This document shows, piece after piece, positions 1 to 10,239 of a stretch of DNA of 64,000 nucleotides (position 1 is the stretch's first letter; every line of letters begins with the position of its first letter). The DNA is from an uncultured Fibrobacteria bacterium (GTDB lineage Bacteria > Fibrobacterota > Fibrobacteria > UBA11236). The notes under the pieces are model-generated. The model was not told the origin of the DNA, did no database searches, and worked only from the letters and a program-made list of their open reading frames with translations. The translations under genes were made by a program, and so were the position numbers. The stretch spans positions 2,656,001 to 2,720,000 of the forward strand of contig OY970309.1 of the NCBI GenBank assembly GCA_963716395.1. Direction: 5' to 3'.

Positions 1-287
1 CCCGCCAAAGGCCCGGCCACCAAAATCGGACCCAAACCGGGCATCAAAAAGAAAGCGGAGCCGAACAAGAGTCCCCAGAGACCGCCCCAGAAGGCGCCGA
101 TTTTTCCCCAGGCTTTCATGCGGTCGCCGGTGTTGTAATAGCCGACGACATGTTCTTCCGGATGGTAATCGCGACCGACAATCGACAATTTCTTCATGTC
201 GAAACCGGAAAGCTGCAGTTCTTTGACGGCCTCTTCCGCGGCGGTATGCGTCGGATAAACCGCTACGATGGAATTATTCGGAGTCAT
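1..287 (-). CDS. General stress protein / DUF1269-like glycine-zipper membrane protein (partial, runs off window start)
   Basis: Not in ORF track. Manual minus-strand translation from ATG at 287: MTPNNSIVAVYPTHTAAEEAVKELQLSGFDMKKLSIVGRDYHPEEHVVGYYNTGDRMKAWGKIGAFWGGLWGLLFGSAFFLMPGLGPILVAGPLAG. Confidence 0.8.
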   Translation of the reverse strand, partial: MTPNNSIVAVYPTHTAAEEAVKELQLSGFDMKKLSIVGRDYHPEEHVVGYYNTGDRMKAWGKIGAFWGGLWGLLFGSAFFLMPGLGPILVAGPLA

Positions 288-615
288 GGTTTTTCGCTTT
301 CGGTGTTGGGTTGGGAATTCAAAGTCCAGCGCGCAATTCCTGCCGCCATGTTCGACTGAAACGGGATATCTCCGCCGGGCGTTTCCGAACGGTATGGGGA
401 CTCGAAGGGGTGAATGAAACGAACGGCGCATTCGAACATGGAGAAACCTTTGGGATTCTCGCGGGTTGCTTTTCGAAATATTCCAGGTTTGTAAGCTATA
501 AAACGTTGATTCGCGGCGGAGATCAAAGCGATTTAATTCCGATTAAACCCGAATGCATTCTTCCGTCCGGGGCCGGCGCAACGGCGCCCTGAAGCGCGCC
601 GACGGAGGTCTTAGG

Positions 616-1566
616 CTAGGAAATGGGGGGAACCTTTTCGCCCAGCAAATCCAACACGCCGGATAATTTTCCGTCGTACCAGAACAGGGCGTCCCAATCG
701 TCGGGGTTGAGCCGGGAAAGTTTTTCCTGGTACTCCGGTTTGATTTTTCCATCCGGGCCGGTAAGGGCTTTCTGTTCGTTCTCCACCAGCATGTTCAAAA
801 CCGCATTCCAATTCCCGGCGGCGATCGAATCAAAGAACGCGTTGGCGGCCGCTTCCAGTTCGGGCGGAGGTTGCGGGATGATCAGCGAGACCCCGACCAA
901 TTTTCCGCGGCGCAGCGTCAGACTGTTCCACGCCGTCGTATCGATGGCCGCGAGCCGATGGCGTGCGCTGGCTTTGATGTGTCCATTCGAGCTGAGGAAG
1001 ATGAGGCGGGTGCTGGGATACATGTCCTCCAAAACGGCTTGCCATTTTCCCGCCCGGATATCGGTGAAAAAATCCTCGGCCGCGGCATGCAATTTTTGTT
1101 CCCGGAGGCTGTCTTCGGTGGGCGTCTTCGTGGCTTCGGACTCGGTGGCGAAATTGCTGTCGATGGGCAGCGATTTACCCAACTGTTCCACCGGCAGCGA
1201 AGCGTAGATTCCCGTCAGCTTGCCGTTGACCAGCCGAACATTGGGATCATGGATCAAGTCTTTTAAGGGCACTCCGAACAGGCGTTCCCGCATGGCTTCC
1301 GGAACATGCCCTTTGGCATTCAGAATTTTGGCCTGATCGGCCGGCACGAGGTGATGCACCGCGGCTTGAAAGTTGCCGGCGGCCACGAATTCCTTGAAGG
1401 CGATCAGGCTGTCTTCTTTTACGGCTTGGGCGGATTCGGGGCCGGGGAATTGGTGCGTGGAGGCGCAGCCGGCCAGCAGCACCAGGGTTCCGAAAAGAAA
1501 TCGGGGAGGGATGGGAAAAAAGTTTGGAAGCAGACTCGCTTTCTTCAGTTTGCGGGCAGAATTCAT
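616..1566 (-). CDS. Hypothetical lipoprotein with three ~65-aa internal repeats
   Basis: Lipobox LLAGC; three copies of F..I.AG.W.A.l..l......l....G.i....r.rL........GKL.G. Confidence 0.75.
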   Translation of the reverse strand: MNSARKLKKASLLPNFFPIPPRFLFGTLVLLAGCASTHQFPGPESAQAVKEDSLIAFKEFVAAGNFQAAVHHLVPADQAKILNAKGHVPEAMRERLFGVPLKDLIHDPNVRLVNGKLTGIYASLPVEQLGKSLPIDSNFATESEATKTPTEDSLREQKLHAAAEDFFTDIRAGKWQAVLEDMYPSTRLIFLSSNGHIKASARHRLAAIDTTAWNSLTLRRGKLVGVSLIIPQPPPELEAAANAFFDSIAAGNWNAVLNMLVENEQKALTGPDGKIKPEYQEKLSRLNPDDWDALFWYDGKLSGVLDLLGEKVPPIS

Positions 1567-1821
1567 GTTTTCCCCCTGGATGAAGTTGGGAGCAAATTAG
1601 GTTTATCCCAGGCCGGAAAGTACTTCTTAAATACACCAAATACCGTGGTTGCTAGTATTAAAAAATTTTAATCATTCCTGTCGCTGCGGTGCTTCTCTTC
1701 GAGCAAAATTCGCCCGGGAAGGGGACAGGTTCATTCCGGAAAGAAATGGACACAACGCGTGGCTGGGGCCTGCCGGGAAAGCCCCGTAGCCTGCGGCCAT
1801 CCAGGCGCAACACCTTACAGC

Positions 1822-3048
1822 CTAGTGTTGTGCGCCCGTATATTGCAGAATGTACACAGCCGACGCTGCGTGGTCGAAAGCGCGCGCGGTTTCGCTATTC
1901 ACCCTTTGGCCGAAAAGATTAAAGCCGGCCGAGGGCATGCCCAGCGGATTGCCCAGCGAATTACCGGCGGAACCGGAGAGAAACAAACGAAACGCCGTTC
2001 CCGCATGGGCGGAGGCAAAACCCGGGGCGGCCTGCAAATTGATTCCCTCCGCGGTGATTCCCGGATGCACTCTTCCCGCTACGTTTAATTGCACCTTGAA
2101 GGCGCCGCTGTCGCCGGTGATGTAAAGCGTATGCGGGTTGGGTCCGCCGCCGAACATCGAATTGCCGAACACGCAATTGACCGTCGAGGAAGAATTCGAT
2201 TGGGTCATTTTGATGGAACCGAGAACCGTGCCCGAAGAGTCGAGCACCACCACGGAATTCGGATACTGGCCTTGGCCGCTGTTATTGCAGACGTAAACGT
2301 TATAGTTCGAATCCACCGTGATTCCGTCCGGCCCATAAATGGCGGGTCCGAACTGTTTCATGGTGCTGGTATCCATCACATGCGTCGTGGGATCCACCTG
2401 AAAGGTGACCACCCGGTTTTCCCCGTATTGGCAGACATAGATGAACCCTTTTTCCTCGATGTATTCGATTCCGTTCCATTCGCAGGTGCCGTACGTGTTG
2501 GAAAAATTCCAATCCTTTTTCACCGTGCCGTCCTGGGAACGAAAATAAATGTGCTGGTTCCAGGTGGTGAAGTACATATCGCCATTCGTGGTGAACGAAA
2601 GGTCGTTTGCGCCACCGGAACCGCCGGCCGTCCACGCATTGGAGGTATCGGTGGCGAGCACTTTGAGCACAGCGCCGGTGGTGGTATCGCGTTCGGTGAT
2701 TTGGGACTTTTCGCACACCACCAATTTCCGGTCGAGGGGGTGGAAATCCAGGCCATTGCTGTAATTGCCGATATTGATCAGCTTGGTCATGATCCCGGCC
2801 GGGGAGACTTTCCAGATATTGCCCGCCACCTGCTCGGAAAAAAACAAGGTGCCGTTCGAGGCCATCGCCGGACCTTCACCCCAAAGTGTCAACGTGGGAG
2901 TCGATATCGCGGCCCTTTGGATCTGCACTCCGGCATCGCAGAGTGCGGCGGGAAGGTTAATTGTGCCGTAGGTCTGGGCAAGGGCCGCTTGCCATCCCAG
3001 CACGGATGCCAGCAGGCAATATTTTTTCAAACCGTCGGTTATACGCAT
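1822..3048 (-). CDS. SMP-30/gluconolactonase-family beta-propeller, secreted, with T9SS-like C-terminal tail
   Basis: GEGPA, SNGL, ANDL, WNGI, GPDGITVD motifs; ATG 3048 follows a GGAGG RBS; signal peptide MRITDGLKKYCLLASVLGWQAALA. Confidence 0.85.
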   Translation of the reverse strand: MRITDGLKKYCLLASVLGWQAALAQTYGTINLPAALCDAGVQIQRAAISTPTLTLWGEGPAMASNGTLFFSEQVAGNIWKVSPAGIMTKLINIGNYSNGLDFHPLDRKLVVCEKSQITERDTTTGAVLKVLATDTSNAWTAGGSGGANDLSFTTNGDMYFTTWNQHIYFRSQDGTVKKDWNFSNTYGTCEWNGIEYIEEKGFIYVCQYGENRVVTFQVDPTTHVMDTSTMKQFGPAIYGPDGITVDSNYNVYVCNNSGQGQYPNSVVVLDSSGTVLGSIKMTQSNSSSTVNCVFGNSMFGGGPNPHTLYITGDSGAFKVQLNVAGRVHPGITAEGINLQAAPGFASAHAGTAFRLFLSGSAGNSLGNPLGMPSAGFNLFGQRVNSETARAFDHAASAVYILQYTGAQH

Positions 3049-3444
3049 TTGTCCTCCCGCCCCAACGATCTTTGCTTCACGCAATCTAACGCGGGGGCCT
3101 GCTCTTGGCAGGAGGTTCCCTCGGTTCGCAGCCGTAGGTACGGCTTCGGCGCCGCCGGAATATTTGTGAAATTCATCGCCGGCCGGTTGGTTTGTGCGCA
3201 CATTCTGAATTGCGTTCGGTAACGCGCCGGTACTTTTTTGTAACACCGGCGTTCTCGGCATTCCCGCGGTAACCTTGCCGCAGGAGATTTCACGGCGCCG
3301 GATGGCGGAAACCGCCTTAAATCGCCTTTCCTGTTACAACACTTTTCGGGCTTACGCGTGCTGCGTTGCGAGCTTGGTTCGTCGCCTGCAATCTCTGCTG
3401 GTTCATCGCAGGCCCGCTTGATATTATTCTAAGCGGAGCCAAGG

Positions 3445-4110
3445 ATGAAAACGCCAACCCTGATCAAGTCGAACCACCAGCGTGGACAAATGCGGTTATC
3501 CCTGCTGCGCCTCCTGGCCGTCGGAATGATGGGTTTGCTGGCGGTGCAAAACACCGAGGCCCATTCGGCCAATACCGACGCCCGCAGGGGCGGGGGACAC
3601 CGATCGCGAGGTTTCTCTGCCTACGGTTATCGCGGCGGCCATGCTTACGGGCGTTCTAATTTCGGGCATCGCGGATATGCCACCCGCGGGTTTTACGGAA
3701 GGCCTTATTTCGTGTCGCCGCATCTCGGTTTGTTCGTTCCCTTTCTACCCCTGGATGCCGTCGCGTTGTATGCCGGAGCCCTGGGCTTTTACTATGCCGA
3801 TGGGTATTACTACCAGGCCGTCTCCGACGGATACGAGGTGGTTCCCCCGCCCGACACGGTGTATGTGCAGGACGGCTCCACGGTCGTCAACGAAAACGTC
3901 GCGGCCGATACCGAGATCACAGACGCAGCCCCGGCGCCCGCACCCGCGCCGGAACCGATCAAAACCAAAACCGTCGCGGTCCATAACAGCAATGGATCGC
4001 ATACGCCGGTTTTGCTGCAATACCTCAACGGCCATTGGACCGGGCCGCGGGGAGAAGAGTACGACGCCTTTCCGACCAACAAGCAATTGCGTGCCGCCTA
4101 CGGTTTTTAG
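3445..4110 (+). CDS. Secreted Gly/His/Tyr-rich protein (DUF6515-like)
   Basis: Signal peptide; YYADGYYY..GYEVVPPP core; C-terminal NSNGSHTPV...GPRGEEY...QLRAAYG motif. Confidence 0.7.
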   Translation: MKTPTLIKSNHQRGQMRLSLLRLLAVGMMGLLAVQNTEAHSANTDARRGGGHRSRGFSAYGYRGGHAYGRSNFGHRGYATRGFYGRPYFVSPHLGLFVPFLPLDAVALYAGALGFYYADGYYYQAVSDGYEVVPPPDTVYVQDGSTVVNENVAADTEITDAAPAPAPAPEPIKTKTVAVHNSNGSHTPVLLQYLNGHWTGPRGEEYDAFPTNKQLRAAYGF

Positions 4111-4323
4111 GTAATCCCATTCTTCCCATCGGCGCGGCCATGCGCCGACTCCGTTTGCGATTTTGGTTATCTTCCGGCTCTCGGCTGGTCGGGCTTCATC
4201 CCCCGCGGGACGGGCCGCCGGCAGTTTTGGCTTTCGGAGCGCTCCTCGATCTCCTGCTTCCCGGCGCGAAACCAACGGCATCCCCAGGTTGCGGATGCGT
4301 AGAAGGTTCGGGAAAGGGAAATC

Positions 4324-5523
4324 ATGGTTGGCAATTTATTCGTGATCGTGCCGGTAATCCTTTTATCGGTTTTTCTCTTTCATCGCCGGCTGCTCGCGTC
4401 GCCGATTTGGCGGGCCATGGTCACGCCCTTGGCCTCGATTATCGGCAGCGGCTTTCTGGTGCTGGCCCCGATTCTCGTCCGCCATTTCGGATCGGCCGCC
4501 GTGCTGGTCATGGCGGGCCTGTGCTTCGTGGCCTACGCCATCGGCGGGGCCATCCGCTGGAATATCGCGGCGATTGGCGGCGAACACGGACTCATGCCTT
4601 TCGCCGGATTCGAAATCGGTTTGGAAAAGCTGTCGCTGTGGACGCTCGCCTTTGCCTACATCATTTCGGTTTGTTATTACCTGAATCTTTTCGGGGCTTT
4701 CTGCACCAGTCTCACCGCCTACAATGCCCCGGTCTACGGCCGTTTGGTCACTACCGTTGTGCTTGGCGTCATCGGATTTCTGGGATGGACGCGCGGGTTG
4801 TACGGGTTGGAAAAAGCCGAGCAATGGTCGGTGGGCATCAAGCTGGCGGTGATCGGCGGCTTGCTGGCCGGAATGTTCTACCATGCCGGCGTCTTGACCC
4901 GCCATGGGCTGCTTCCGCATAACCACGCGACCTTCCACTGGAGTTCCCTGCGCGTGGCCAGCGGACTTCTGATTACGGTGCAAGGATTTGAAACCTCGCG
5001 CTACCTGAAAGAAGGGCACAATGCCGTGACCCGGATCGCCACCATGCGCTATGCGCAGTGGTTCTCCACCCTCATCTATCTGGTGTTCATCGGACTCGCC
5101 AGCATTTCGTTCTTGCCCGGCGCGATCGGGGCGCGGGAGACGGCGATTATCCAAATGACGGAGAAGGTGGCGCCGGTTCTGCCCGTGTTGCTGGTGCTGG
5201 CGGCGCTGGCGGCCCAGTTCAGCGCCGCCGTCGCCGACACCGGCGGCTGCGGCGGCTTGACCTATGAAATGAGTGGCGAGCGGCTGCATCCCCGCTTGGG
5301 ATACGTGGTCATCATGGCGGCGGCCGCCGCGCTGACCTGGATGGCCGATATCTACCAGATCATCAGTTACGCGTCTCGGGCTTTTGCGGTGTATTACGGC
5401 TTGCAATGCGCGGTGGCGGCGCTGCTCGCCCGGCGCGCGCACAAACAGGCCCGCAGCGCCTGGTTCGCCCTGCTGACCGTGACCTGCTTTTCCATCGCGA
5501 TCTTCGGCGTACCCGCGGAGTAA
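4324..5523 (+). CDS. APC-superfamily-like membrane permease
   Basis: About 11-12 hydrophobic helices; TPLASIIGSGF and QGFE motifs. Confidence 0.75.
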   Translation: MVGNLFVIVPVILLSVFLFHRRLLASPIWRAMVTPLASIIGSGFLVLAPILVRHFGSAAVLVMAGLCFVAYAIGGAIRWNIAAIGGEHGLMPFAGFEIGLEKLSLWTLAFAYIISVCYYLNLFGAFCTSLTAYNAPVYGRLVTTVVLGVIGFLGWTRGLYGLEKAEQWSVGIKLAVIGGLLAGMFYHAGVLTRHGLLPHNHATFHWSSLRVASGLLITVQGFETSRYLKEGHNAVTRIATMRYAQWFSTLIYLVFIGLASISFLPGAIGARETAIIQMTEKVAPVLPVLLVLAALAAQFSAAVADTGGCGGLTYEMSGERLHPRLGYVVIMAAAAALTWMADIYQIISYASRAFAVYYGLQCAVAALLARRAHKQARSAWFALLTVTCFSIAIFGVPAE

Positions 5524-5529
5524 CAATCT

Positions 5530-6411
5530 TTATCCTGCGTTTGCGTCCCCGGGACCTTTCGGCGGTTCGCGGTCGAAATGCACGTCCATTTGGGGAAAGG
5601 GGATTTCGATGCCTTCGCTGCGAAAGCGCTGGAAGATGGCGTAATAGAGCTGCGACTTCAAGCGCGCGGGGCGATCGGTATAAACCGTGGTCCACACCCA
5701 CAGGTCGAAGTTCAGAGAACTGTCGCCGAAGGCGTCGAACCACACTTCGGGAGTCGGATGGCTTTCGACGCCGTCGACCGCTTGCGCCACCTCCAGCAAG
5801 ACGTCGCGCACCCGTTCGGGATTTTCACGGTAAGAGACTCCCACGGGAATGCGAAAGCGCCGTGTCGCGTCGCCGTGGGTCCAGTTCACGACCTTGCCCG
5901 TGATGAAATCGCCATTGGGCACGATGATGGTGACATTATCGTTGGTTTGAATGGTGGTGGCGCGCGCCCCGATGGCGGCCACCCGCCCGTGCACGTCGCC
6001 GACCTCGATCTGATCGCCGACTTTAATGGGCCGTTCCAGGAGGATCACCAGACCCGCGGCCAGGTTGGTGACCACGTTTTGCAGGCCGAAGCCCACGCCG
6101 ATTCCCAAACTGCCGGCCAGAAGAGCCAACCCGGAAAGGTTGACGCCCGAGGTCGACATGATGGTGACCAGGCCGATCACCACGATGGCATAGCGCGTGA
6201 GGGTCTGCACCGATTCGATCACGCCCGGCTGCAGGCGCCGGCGCGACAGGGTGCGACGCACCAACCATTTGCCGAGGCGTCCCGATTGCGAGAACAGCAA
6301 AGCCAGCAAGGCGGAGAAATAGAAGAGGCGCCAGACGGTGACGTCGTTGCCGCCCAAAGTGAACAGGTTGAAATTCAGAATCAACCGCGCGTGATCGATG
6401 AATGCCCGCAT
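5530..6411 (-). CDS. mscS: Small-conductance mechanosensitive channel (MscS family)
   Basis: GIGVGFGLQNVVTN, ERPIKVGD, IIVPN, GIEIPFPQ motifs. Confidence 0.9.
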   Translation of the reverse strand: MRAFIDHARLILNFNLFTLGGNDVTVWRLFYFSALLALLFSQSGRLGKWLVRRTLSRRRLQPGVIESVQTLTRYAIVVIGLVTIMSTSGVNLSGLALLAGSLGIGVGFGLQNVVTNLAAGLVILLERPIKVGDQIEVGDVHGRVAAIGARATTIQTNDNVTIIVPNGDFITGKVVNWTHGDATRRFRIPVGVSYRENPERVRDVLLEVAQAVDGVESHPTPEVWFDAFGDSSLNFDLWVWTTVYTDRPARLKSQLYYAIFQRFRSEGIEIPFPQMDVHFDREPPKGPGDANAG

Positions 6412-6946
6412 GCCGCCCCTTGTGTAGTAGTTGACCCCCGCGCTCCCACGGGAATCCCGTTACCAACAGTAGGTCGGCGCGGCGGGGAATCACAGCGTGG
6501 ATCGAGCGCCGCAAATCCGTTTCGGTCCGCTTGGCCTTGAATCCGGTCGGGCGAACCGGAGGGAAGCCCCGAAAACCCGCAGCCGGGTGCCGAACCCCGC
6601 GGGCCGCGCATCCAAAAGAGTGCAACCGCGCGGCGCCTTCTTATATTTCCCCGGGGGTCAGACTGAAATTTTCCGGGCCGCAGCCCATTTTTTTTGCCGC
6701 AACACTCCGGCCTCAGGGTCGGCCTTTGTCTTCCCCCGGCCTAAACACAAGCGTTACCGGTATCTTTAAGGTTACTCTCGGTCGCTACGACGTCCCCGGA
6801 TCGGGGCCGTGAAAAAAAAATCCGTCGAAAACTTGATTTTCAAAATCGGGCTATATAATTTATCCCCGTTTTTCAGGCTTACGTTTCTTTACAAACCATG
6901 ATGGCCTTAAATATCCTAAAGCTTCAGATCCGGAAAGGCGCAGACC

Positions 6947-7876
6947 ATGATAGAAGTTGAAGGTCTGACCAAGCGCTACGGCGCCACCCTGGCGGTCGAC
7001 AACGTTTCCTTTCACATTCGCCAGGGCGAAGTGGTGGGTTTGCTCGGGCCGAACGGCGCCGGCAAAACCACCACGATGAAAATTCTGACCTGTTTCATCT
7101 CGGCCACGGCGGGCCGGGCGAGTGTGAACGGCTTCGACACCTTCGACCAACCCTTGCGCGTGCGCGAACAGATCGGCTATCTGCCGGAGAACTGTCCGCT
7201 GTATCTGGACATGGATGTGACCGGATACCTCAATTTCTGCGCCCGCATTCGCAACATCGAACCGGGCAAGCGCGCCGGTGCCGTGAACAAGGTGCTGGAA
7301 GAATGCGACTTGCGTCATGTCACCGGTAAGCTGATCGGCCATCTCTCCAAAGGCTACCGGCAGCGCGTGGGGCTGGCCCAGGCTCTGCTGCACAATCCGC
7401 CCGTGCTGATCCTCGACGAGCCCACCTCGGGCCTCGACCCCAACCAGATCCGCGAGATTCTGAAGCTCATCTCCAACCTCGGGCAGGAAAAAACCGTCAT
7501 CCATTCGACGCATATCCTGTCCGAAGTCGAGGCCACCAGCGATCGGGTGCTTATCATCAACAACGGCGGCATCGTGGCGCAGGGCACCCCGCGCGAACTG
7601 ATGTCCAAAGCCTCGGGCACCACGGTGTACTTGACGGTCAAGGGCGACGGCGCGCCGGCGGAGATCGCGGCGGCGCCCTTCGTGGGCAAGTCGGAAAAAA
7701 TGGGCGATGCCCGCGACGGCTTCGTGCGCCTGGCGGTGCATGGCAAAGCCGAAGAAGACATCGCGATCGAGTTGTACAAGCTGGCGGTGGCCAAACATTG
7801 GTTGGTCTCCGAATTGCGGACCGAAGCGGCCAATCTCGAAGATGTTTTCGCGCAACTCACCAAGGGGCGAACATGA
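6947..7876 (+). CDS. ABC transporter ATP-binding protein (GldA-like)
   Basis: Walker A GPNGAGKTT, LSKGYRQRVGLAQA signature, ILDEPTSGLDP. Confidence 0.92.
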   Translation: MIEVEGLTKRYGATLAVDNVSFHIRQGEVVGLLGPNGAGKTTTMKILTCFISATAGRASVNGFDTFDQPLRVREQIGYLPENCPLYLDMDVTGYLNFCARIRNIEPGKRAGAVNKVLEECDLRHVTGKLIGHLSKGYRQRVGLAQALLHNPPVLILDEPTSGLDPNQIREILKLISNLGQEKTVIHSTHILSEVEATSDRVLIINNGGIVAQGTPRELMSKASGTTVYLTVKGDGAPAEIAAAPFVGKSEKMGDARDGFVRLAVHGKAEEDIAIELYKLAVAKHWLVSELRTEAANLEDVFAQLTKGRT

Positions 7877-8601
7877 AGGTCAACAACGTATGGACCATAT
7901 TCCGGAAGGAATTGCGGAGCTATTTCGCATCGCCCATCGGCTACGTGTTCATCATCTTCTACCTGCTGGTTTCCAACGGCCTTTTCTTTTTCGTCGAAGA
8001 TTTCTTCCGGCAGGGCGAGGCTTCGATGCGCGCCTACTTCGGCGCCATGCCCTGGGTCTTTTTGTTTTTCGTGCCCGCCATCACCATGCGCCTGTGGGCT
8101 GAGGAGAAAAAAGTCGGCACCCTGGAAATTCTGCTCACCATGCCGCTGCGTGAAAGCGAAGTGGTGCTCGGCAAATTCCTGGCCAGCTTCGCCTTTCTGG
8201 CCATCGCGCTGGCCTGCACCATAACCCTGCCCATTTCCATCGAGTTTCTCGGCCGCCCCGACATCGGCGTCATCATCGGCTCCTATTGCGGCGCCCTGTT
8301 TCTGGGCGCGGCCTATTTGGCCGTGGGCCTGCTCATCAGTTCGTTGAACGAAAATCAGGTGGTGGCCTTCATCATCTCGGTGGCCGTCCTCTTCGCCATG
8401 CTGGTGGTCGGGATCATTCCGGTGTATCTCAACAGCCTGGGATCCTTCGTCCACGTGTGCGAATACCTCAGTCTGTTGAGCCATTTCAACAACGTGACCC
8501 GGGGCGTCCTCGACTCCCGCGACGTCGTGTATTACCTCTCCGTGGTCGGATTGTTCCTGTATCTCAACGTGAAAAACATCGAAGCCCGGAAGTGGAGATA
8601 G
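7873..8601 (+). CDS. ABC-2 permease (GldF-like)
   Basis: KELRSYFASPIGY and TMRLWAEEKKVGTLE motifs; ATG 7873 overlaps upstream stop (ATGA). Confidence 0.9.
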   Translation: MKVNNVWTIFRKELRSYFASPIGYVFIIFYLLVSNGLFFFVEDFFRQGEASMRAYFGAMPWVFLFFVPAITMRLWAEEKKVGTLEILLTMPLRESEVVLGKFLASFAFLAIALACTITLPISIEFLGRPDIGVIIGSYCGALFLGAAYLAVGLLISSLNENQVVAFIISVAVLFAMLVVGIIPVYLNSLGSFVHVCEYLSLLSHFNNVTRGVLDSRDVVYYLSVVGLFLYLNVKNIEARKWR

Positions 8602-8604
8602 AAC

Positions 8605-10239
8605 ATGCCGTCGAAAAAGCTGAGCTCCCGCACCAATGCTTATCTCAGCGCGCTGACGCTGATCGTGATTTTGACGGCTGTCGGCGTCGTCAGCGAAATT
8701 TTCTACCACAAACGGCTCGACCTCACCCGCGACAAAGAGTTCACCCTGAGCTCGGCCGCGGTGAAAACCCTGAATAATCTGCCCGATATGGTGACCATCA
8801 AGGTGGTCATGTCCAAGGATTTGCCCACCCAGTTCCTGCAAATCCGCACCTATGTCATCGATCTGTTGGATGAATTCCAGGCCCGTTCGCACGGCAAGCT
8901 CAACTTGGTGTTCGAGGATCCCGGTGACGACGCGAAGAAGCGACAAGAGGTGACCTCGCTCGGCATTCAGGAAGTGCAATTGCAGGAGCAGAGCAGCGAA
9001 GGCATGCAAATCAAAAAGGGATTTTTCGGACTGGCCATGACCTACGGCGACAAGAAAGAGGTCATTCCGGTGCTGGAAAACCTGCAAACCTTCGAATACG
9101 ATCTCATCGTCAAATTGAAGAAGCTGACCGGCGCGGTCAAAACCGTGGGGGTGATCGAGGGAAGCGGCGGGGAAAAATTTTCCTTCACCCTGCCGGGGTC
9201 GCCGCCTAAAACCACCACCGGTTTCGACGAGAACTACACCACGCTGAAACAGGAAATGGACAAGTTGTACAAGGTCAAAAACATCGACGTGAGCCATGGC
9301 CCGGTTCCCGATGATGTCGATTTGGTGCTGGTGGCGGCGCCCAACCACCTGAACGAATACGAGAAATTTTATCTCGATCAATTCATCATGAAAGGCAAGG
9401 CGGCGATTTTTTTCACGCCGGGCGTCACGGTGAATCTGAGTTCGGGCATCAACGGCACGGCCACCGACAACGGGTACGAAGACCTGCTGTCGCATTACGG
9501 CCTCGGGGTCGAGAAAAACGTGATTCTGGAGGCGCGCAACTGGGAACTGGTGCGTTTCGGCAATTCATTTTTTCCGACGCCCTATCCTTATTGGATCGTG
9601 GTGGGATATAACACGCTGGATGCGGACAATCCCATCACCTCGAAATTGCAGAGCCTCAGTTTTCCCTGGACCTCCTCCCTCGATATCGATACCACATCCA
9701 AGGATTCTTTGACCCATACCGTGGTGCTGGCCCGCACCAGCGACCAGGCCTGGGAAGAAAAGAACAGCTTCTACCTGTTGCCTCGCGATCTCAAGGAATA
9801 CCTGCCGATCAAGCAGCATGCCTTTCCCTTGATCGCGCTCAAAACCGGCAAGTTCACCTCGTTCTACGCTTCGCATCCGATCCCCAAGTCGGACAGCACG
9901 GTGAAAATCGATTCCAGCAAGCTGGTCCGTTCTTCGCAGGGCCAAAGCGCCGTCATGGTCATTCCCAACGCGCTGTTTGCCACCGACTTTTACGTGGGCT
10001 ACACCAATGCGACGGGCAATTTGAACCTGGTCCTGAATGCCATGGATCAGTTGGTGCTCGACCCCGATCTCATCAATGTGCGCAGTCGCAACCTCGAAAC
10101 CACGCCCATTGCCAAAGCCAAAATCGACGCCGATCGAATGCCGATCACTCTCATCAACATGATTCTGGCTCCCGCCCTGCTCCTGGCCATGGGAGTCTTC
10201 ATCGGCATGCGCCGGCGCAGAATGGAGGCCAAGGCATGA
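8605..10239 (+). CDS. GldG-family ABC auxiliary component
   Basis: N-terminal TM, RLDLTRDKEFTLS, LDQFIMKG, C-terminal TM; operon context. Confidence 0.88.
   Translation: MPSKKLSSRTNAYLSALTLIVILTAVGVVSEIFYHKRLDLTRDKEFTLSSAAVKTLNNLPDMVTIKVVMSKDLPTQFLQIRTYVIDLLDEFQARSHGKLNLVFEDPGDDAKKRQEVTSLGIQEVQLQEQSSEGMQIKKGFFGLAMTYGDKKEVIPVLENLQTFEYDLIVKLKKLTGAVKTVGVIEGSGGEKFSFTLPGSPPKTTTGFDENYTTLKQEMDKLYKVKNIDVSHGPVPDDVDLVLVAAPNHLNEYEKFYLDQFIMKGKAAIFFTPGVTVNLSSGINGTATDNGYEDLLSHYGLGVEKNVILEARNWELVRFGNSFFPTPYPYWIVVGYNTLDADNPITSKLQSLSFPWTSSLDIDTTSKDSLTHTVVLARTSDQAWEEKNSFYLLPRDLKEYLPIKQHAFPLIALKTGKFTSFYASHPIPKSDSTVKIDSSKLVRSSQGQSAVMVIPNALFATDFYVGYTNATGNLNLVLNAMDQLVLDPDLINVRSRNLETTPIAKAKIDADRMPITLINMILAPALLLAMGVFIGMRRRRMEAKA

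Noticed and set aside
3049-3440. Possible riboswitch or operator array (several GTTAC/GTAAC words) upstream of the gluconolactonase
   Set aside because: No recognisable aptamer consensus; the short words have irregular spacing.
6420-6940. Long structured intergenic region; CCGGCCTAAAC…GTTACCG recalls part of a c-di-GMP-I riboswitch
   Set aside because: The GGCAAA/GAAA-tetraloop/GACGCAAA half is absent. No Rfam family is recognisable by eye; an Infernal scan would be decisive.
7354-9495. Long antisense or alternative-frame ORFs (e.g. 7354-9495, 33177-34871, 43386-45125, 51477-53132, 36901-38121)
   Set aside because: Shadow ORFs of well-supported genes in high-GC DNA; translations lack motifs.
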